A program made the position numbers and the translations under genes. The notes below the pieces were generated by a model. The model saw only the letters and a list, made by a program, of their open reading frames with translations, was not told the origin of the DNA and searched no databases. This document shows, in pieces, positions 60,792-64,000 of a DNA stretch of 64,000 bases. Source of the DNA: Neoconidiobolus thromboides FSU 785 (taxonomy: Eukaryota; Fungi; Entomophthoromycota); contig MU626363.1 of NCBI GenBank assembly GCA_025603075.1, positions 11,459-75,458 of the forward strand, given 5' to 3'. Each line of letters begins with the position of its first letter. The stretch's first letter is position 1.

Positions 60792-62997
60792 TTATTTGTT
60801 ATTAAATTTAAGTTTGATAAGGTATCTATAATATAATGATTAGTTTTAGAAATGTATTATACATTAAACCTACTTCATTTTGATTTGATCAATGTCATAA
60901 ACAATATACTCGTTGTATTGTAAAAAAAGACTAGTATCATCCGAAGATATAGGTGCACCTTTTGGTACTACTGTTTTATTTTCAAGTATAAGATCATCTT
61001 TTGGATCTGGATATAATCGACCCAATCCTTTTGTACAATGTGCTTTATTGTTTTTAGAATTTTCTCCAGCATAATAATCTGAACCTTTTAGTTTGAATTC
61101 ATCTCCTAGTGCAACTTCACATAACAACATTAATCCTTCATTATTCGATATACTAGAACAGCAGTAATTGGCACTCTATATTTTTTAAGAATAATTGAAT
61201 AGATTATTGAATAGTAATTACCTTTGATACAATATCAGCAAAATAAACACCTTTTCCAAACATATACCCTGTAACTGGGGCTTCAGGAGGTGCAATTCTA
61301 AGCCCCTGAGATAAAATACCGACGAAATTGGTCATTCTAGACCCATGCCATAATAATTTTCTGTTATGCAATGATTCAAATTTCTTAAAGCTTTCATCTT
61401 CTCCATTACGAATTAATTCAAAAGCATCTTGAACCTATAAAAAATTAACAAGTTACTTGAAAAACTAAAAAACAATTTACCTCTAAATCATACCAATTAT
61501 GAGTACTACCGTGTGTGTTTTTAACATATTCTTTAATAAGCTCAAATTCTTTTCCTCCTTTATCAAGTGGTTTAATATTATTATTTAATGCTTTATACCT
61601 TGAATCAATAGGATTAACACTAGTATCGATTTCATCAACTTTTTTCATTAAACTATTGGCTATTTGTATTTCAGCTAATGATTCTACTAGCTCAAGCTTA
61701 TTTTTTAATAATTCTTTTGTTGCAATAACAGGCGGTCTTCTCATACCATAAGCATGAGGTATAATTGTGTAAAATAAAGAACTTAGTTCTTCGAGTTTAG
61801 AGTATCTAATTAAAATTAGTTAATAATTTAATTTGTTTAATATCAATTACTTATTCAATGAATTTGTCAACTCTTCAGCAATATCTTTCAAAACTTGCAT
61901 ACTCTTTTTTATATGATCTTTTGTCAATTTCCCAAGAGGCATTTTCTTAGTATCATAAGAAAATTGAGACATTGAATCATTCATCATTTTGACATCAAAC
62001 ATCCTTTTAACTAATTCATATACCCTTGGTTCTAATTTTGATTTAGCTACTGGTTTTTCATCCGAATCTTGGTCTTTTGACTTTATGATTCCATCCACAC
62101 TCTTGTCATTGCCATCATCATCATCTTCATAATCTCTTTCCATCACAAAATACTTACCAGATCTATGAGTATAAGGAAATACCTGCCATCTATTACCACT
62201 TTTTGCAAAGAATTTAGAAGTAAACTTGCTAATTGCTTGGTCAAGATTTTGATTGAACTTATCCAAAGAAGTTTGTCCATTTACTCCAACCCTACCCCAT
62301 CTGGCCCAAACGTAGTAATTATTTTTGGTATCAACAAGTAGTTGCAGAACAAAGAATTTATTGTTATTTTGTCCAAGATTAGTTTGATTTAACATAGCAT
62401 CAAATAATATATTATTTTCTAAGTACACTGAAACTTCAGATCCAATTGAACAAAGTTCATCTACAGCCTTGATTATAAATATTAATTTTGGATTCAAACA
62501 TTAATACAAAACATTTACTTTCTTTGCAATACCTTGATCAAAAGTAGCAACTTTGTTAATTTTAGATGCTTTATTATCATCTTCTGTATCACTTAGTGCT
62601 CTTTTTATTGACTTTATTGCATCATCAGATAGTATTAAATATTCATCATGTGAAACAATCTCATCTTCCTCAATACACTTTTCAACAAATTTTAAACTGA
62701 CAATAAAAGTATCTTTCCATCCCATTGCTTGAGTTAATTTCTTAGGCATATCTTTTTTATCCTCTTCAGTTGCAATGATGTAGTTTAGCTAAAAAATATT
62801 AAAAGTTTGATCTAGTTTATTATTTTAGTTACCTTTTTTAGATAACGTGTTAAAACAATACCACCTAACTTTTGAATTTTGTCAACTATTTGTAACTTTT
62901 CACCTTCAATAACAGCAGTCTCAGTGAATAAAATAGAAATTCCATCGAATAAAAGTTTGCTTGAGTTGATATTATTTGATCGTTTAGCTTTGGCCAT
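60792..62997 (-). CDS. PARP: poly(ADP-ribose) polymerase (BRCT-WGR-regulatory-catalytic), multi-exon
   Basis: BRCT-like N-terminus; WARWGRVG (WGR); MPLGKL; [35 protein letters not shown] (H-Y-E triad intact); last exon [10 protein letters not shown] ends at 60792. Confidence 0.92.
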
Positions 62998-64000
62998 TGT
63001 TTTTATCTTTAATTTTTAATTTCAAATCTTCATTTTTGTCCTTTATATACTTTTCAATCCTCTAAATATTACACTTGTTATGCCTTTTACCGTATTTATT
63101 CATGTTATATATTTCAACTAATTAAAAAGAGTTTAACTCATCTAAACCAGAATTCACTGCGCAAGCACGATATTCAGTTAATAGAATTCTATAGCTATTG
63201 GATTCTTTTAAATAGCGCAGCAGTTACTCTTTAATTTTTATTCCACTTGTTTTTTACTGCGCATTATATTTTTAATATATGGGATTGTCTGAATTATTTT
63301 CATTATTTTATCCACTTTTTGAAAAATTTTGTATTTTAAAAACTTCGCTTAAAATTCTATAAAATCATATCTTTTATTAAAACAAAAGTAGCCAGACACA
63401 GTTCTAAATCATTTGATTATAGTTTATACTGTAAGTTAGTTGAATTTCTACTAGATCTTAAATACATGTTCTTATAAAGCTTAATTGAGAAATATTTATT
63501 ATCAACTGCTTTATAACCAACATCCCAGATTTATTATCAAATAAATAAACTACTTTAATATTATAATTACATTATTAATATATTGCCAAGTTAACAAATA
63601 GCTGCATGGGAGGGAGCGGTTAGCCCAAAAACTATAATTAACCATCTCTATATAGTACAAGTAATAATAGTTTTTACATATTATTACAGTTACTTGTTCT
63701 TTGAATATTTATTAACTTAGCTATTAATAACTTAAGTAATCTTAACATTTAACAATCTATTTTTATCATTCAACAAACTACTTACTTGCTTAGTAAATAT
63801 TGAAATTTTTAAATTCTCTGTTATTTTCGTAAGGTAAGCTGGGATCGATCTTTTAATCCTTATATTTTCTATAGACTCTATAACTCTAACAGCAACGTAG
63901 TTTATTGTTATGTTTAATAAAGTGTAAATACTTTTTAATGCCCTGCATCTCTATTATTCTTTTTGTATTTTTGTTTCTTTTATACTTTTTAAAAATTATA

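Overview
Strongly AT-rich eukaryotic DNA with many short (about 40-60 nt) GT-AG introns. The gene content is fungal. The intronless trypsin, S28 peptidase, BRCT-WGR PARP and PMCA-like Pmc1 tail suggest an early-diverging fungus, possibly Zoopagomycota/Entomophthoromycotina; this is inference, not identification. About 21 protein-coding genes can be supported: a conserved unknown membrane protein, a hemerythrin/HHE protein, a single-pass TM protein, two TGL2-like lipases, a C2H2 TF, a trypsin, a DHA2 MFS transporter, a LAG1-type ceramide synthase, eIF2B-delta, a FLX1-like carrier, an ABHD5/CLD1-like hydrolase, PTC7, an S28 peptidase, an LRR protein, PMC1, an unknown multi-exon gene, a CENP-B/pogo HTH protein and PARP. 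Two things stand out. (1) Two paralogous secreted proteins are built almost entirely of a 63-68 aa six-cysteine repeat that I do not recognise: 17 units in one, and at least 8 visible plus a 474-N gap in the other. Both have Tyr-rich units at the C-terminal end. (2) A ~100-bp imperfect-hairpin element occurs about 23 times, always between genes, with GGGGATGT...ACATCCCC ends and matching A-N-N-T flanks; it includes a nested insertion and arm-swapped chimeras. A separate ~300-bp foldback and a possibly decaying MFS gene are also present. Exon boundaries were read by eye. No tRNA, rRNA or CRISPR array was found.
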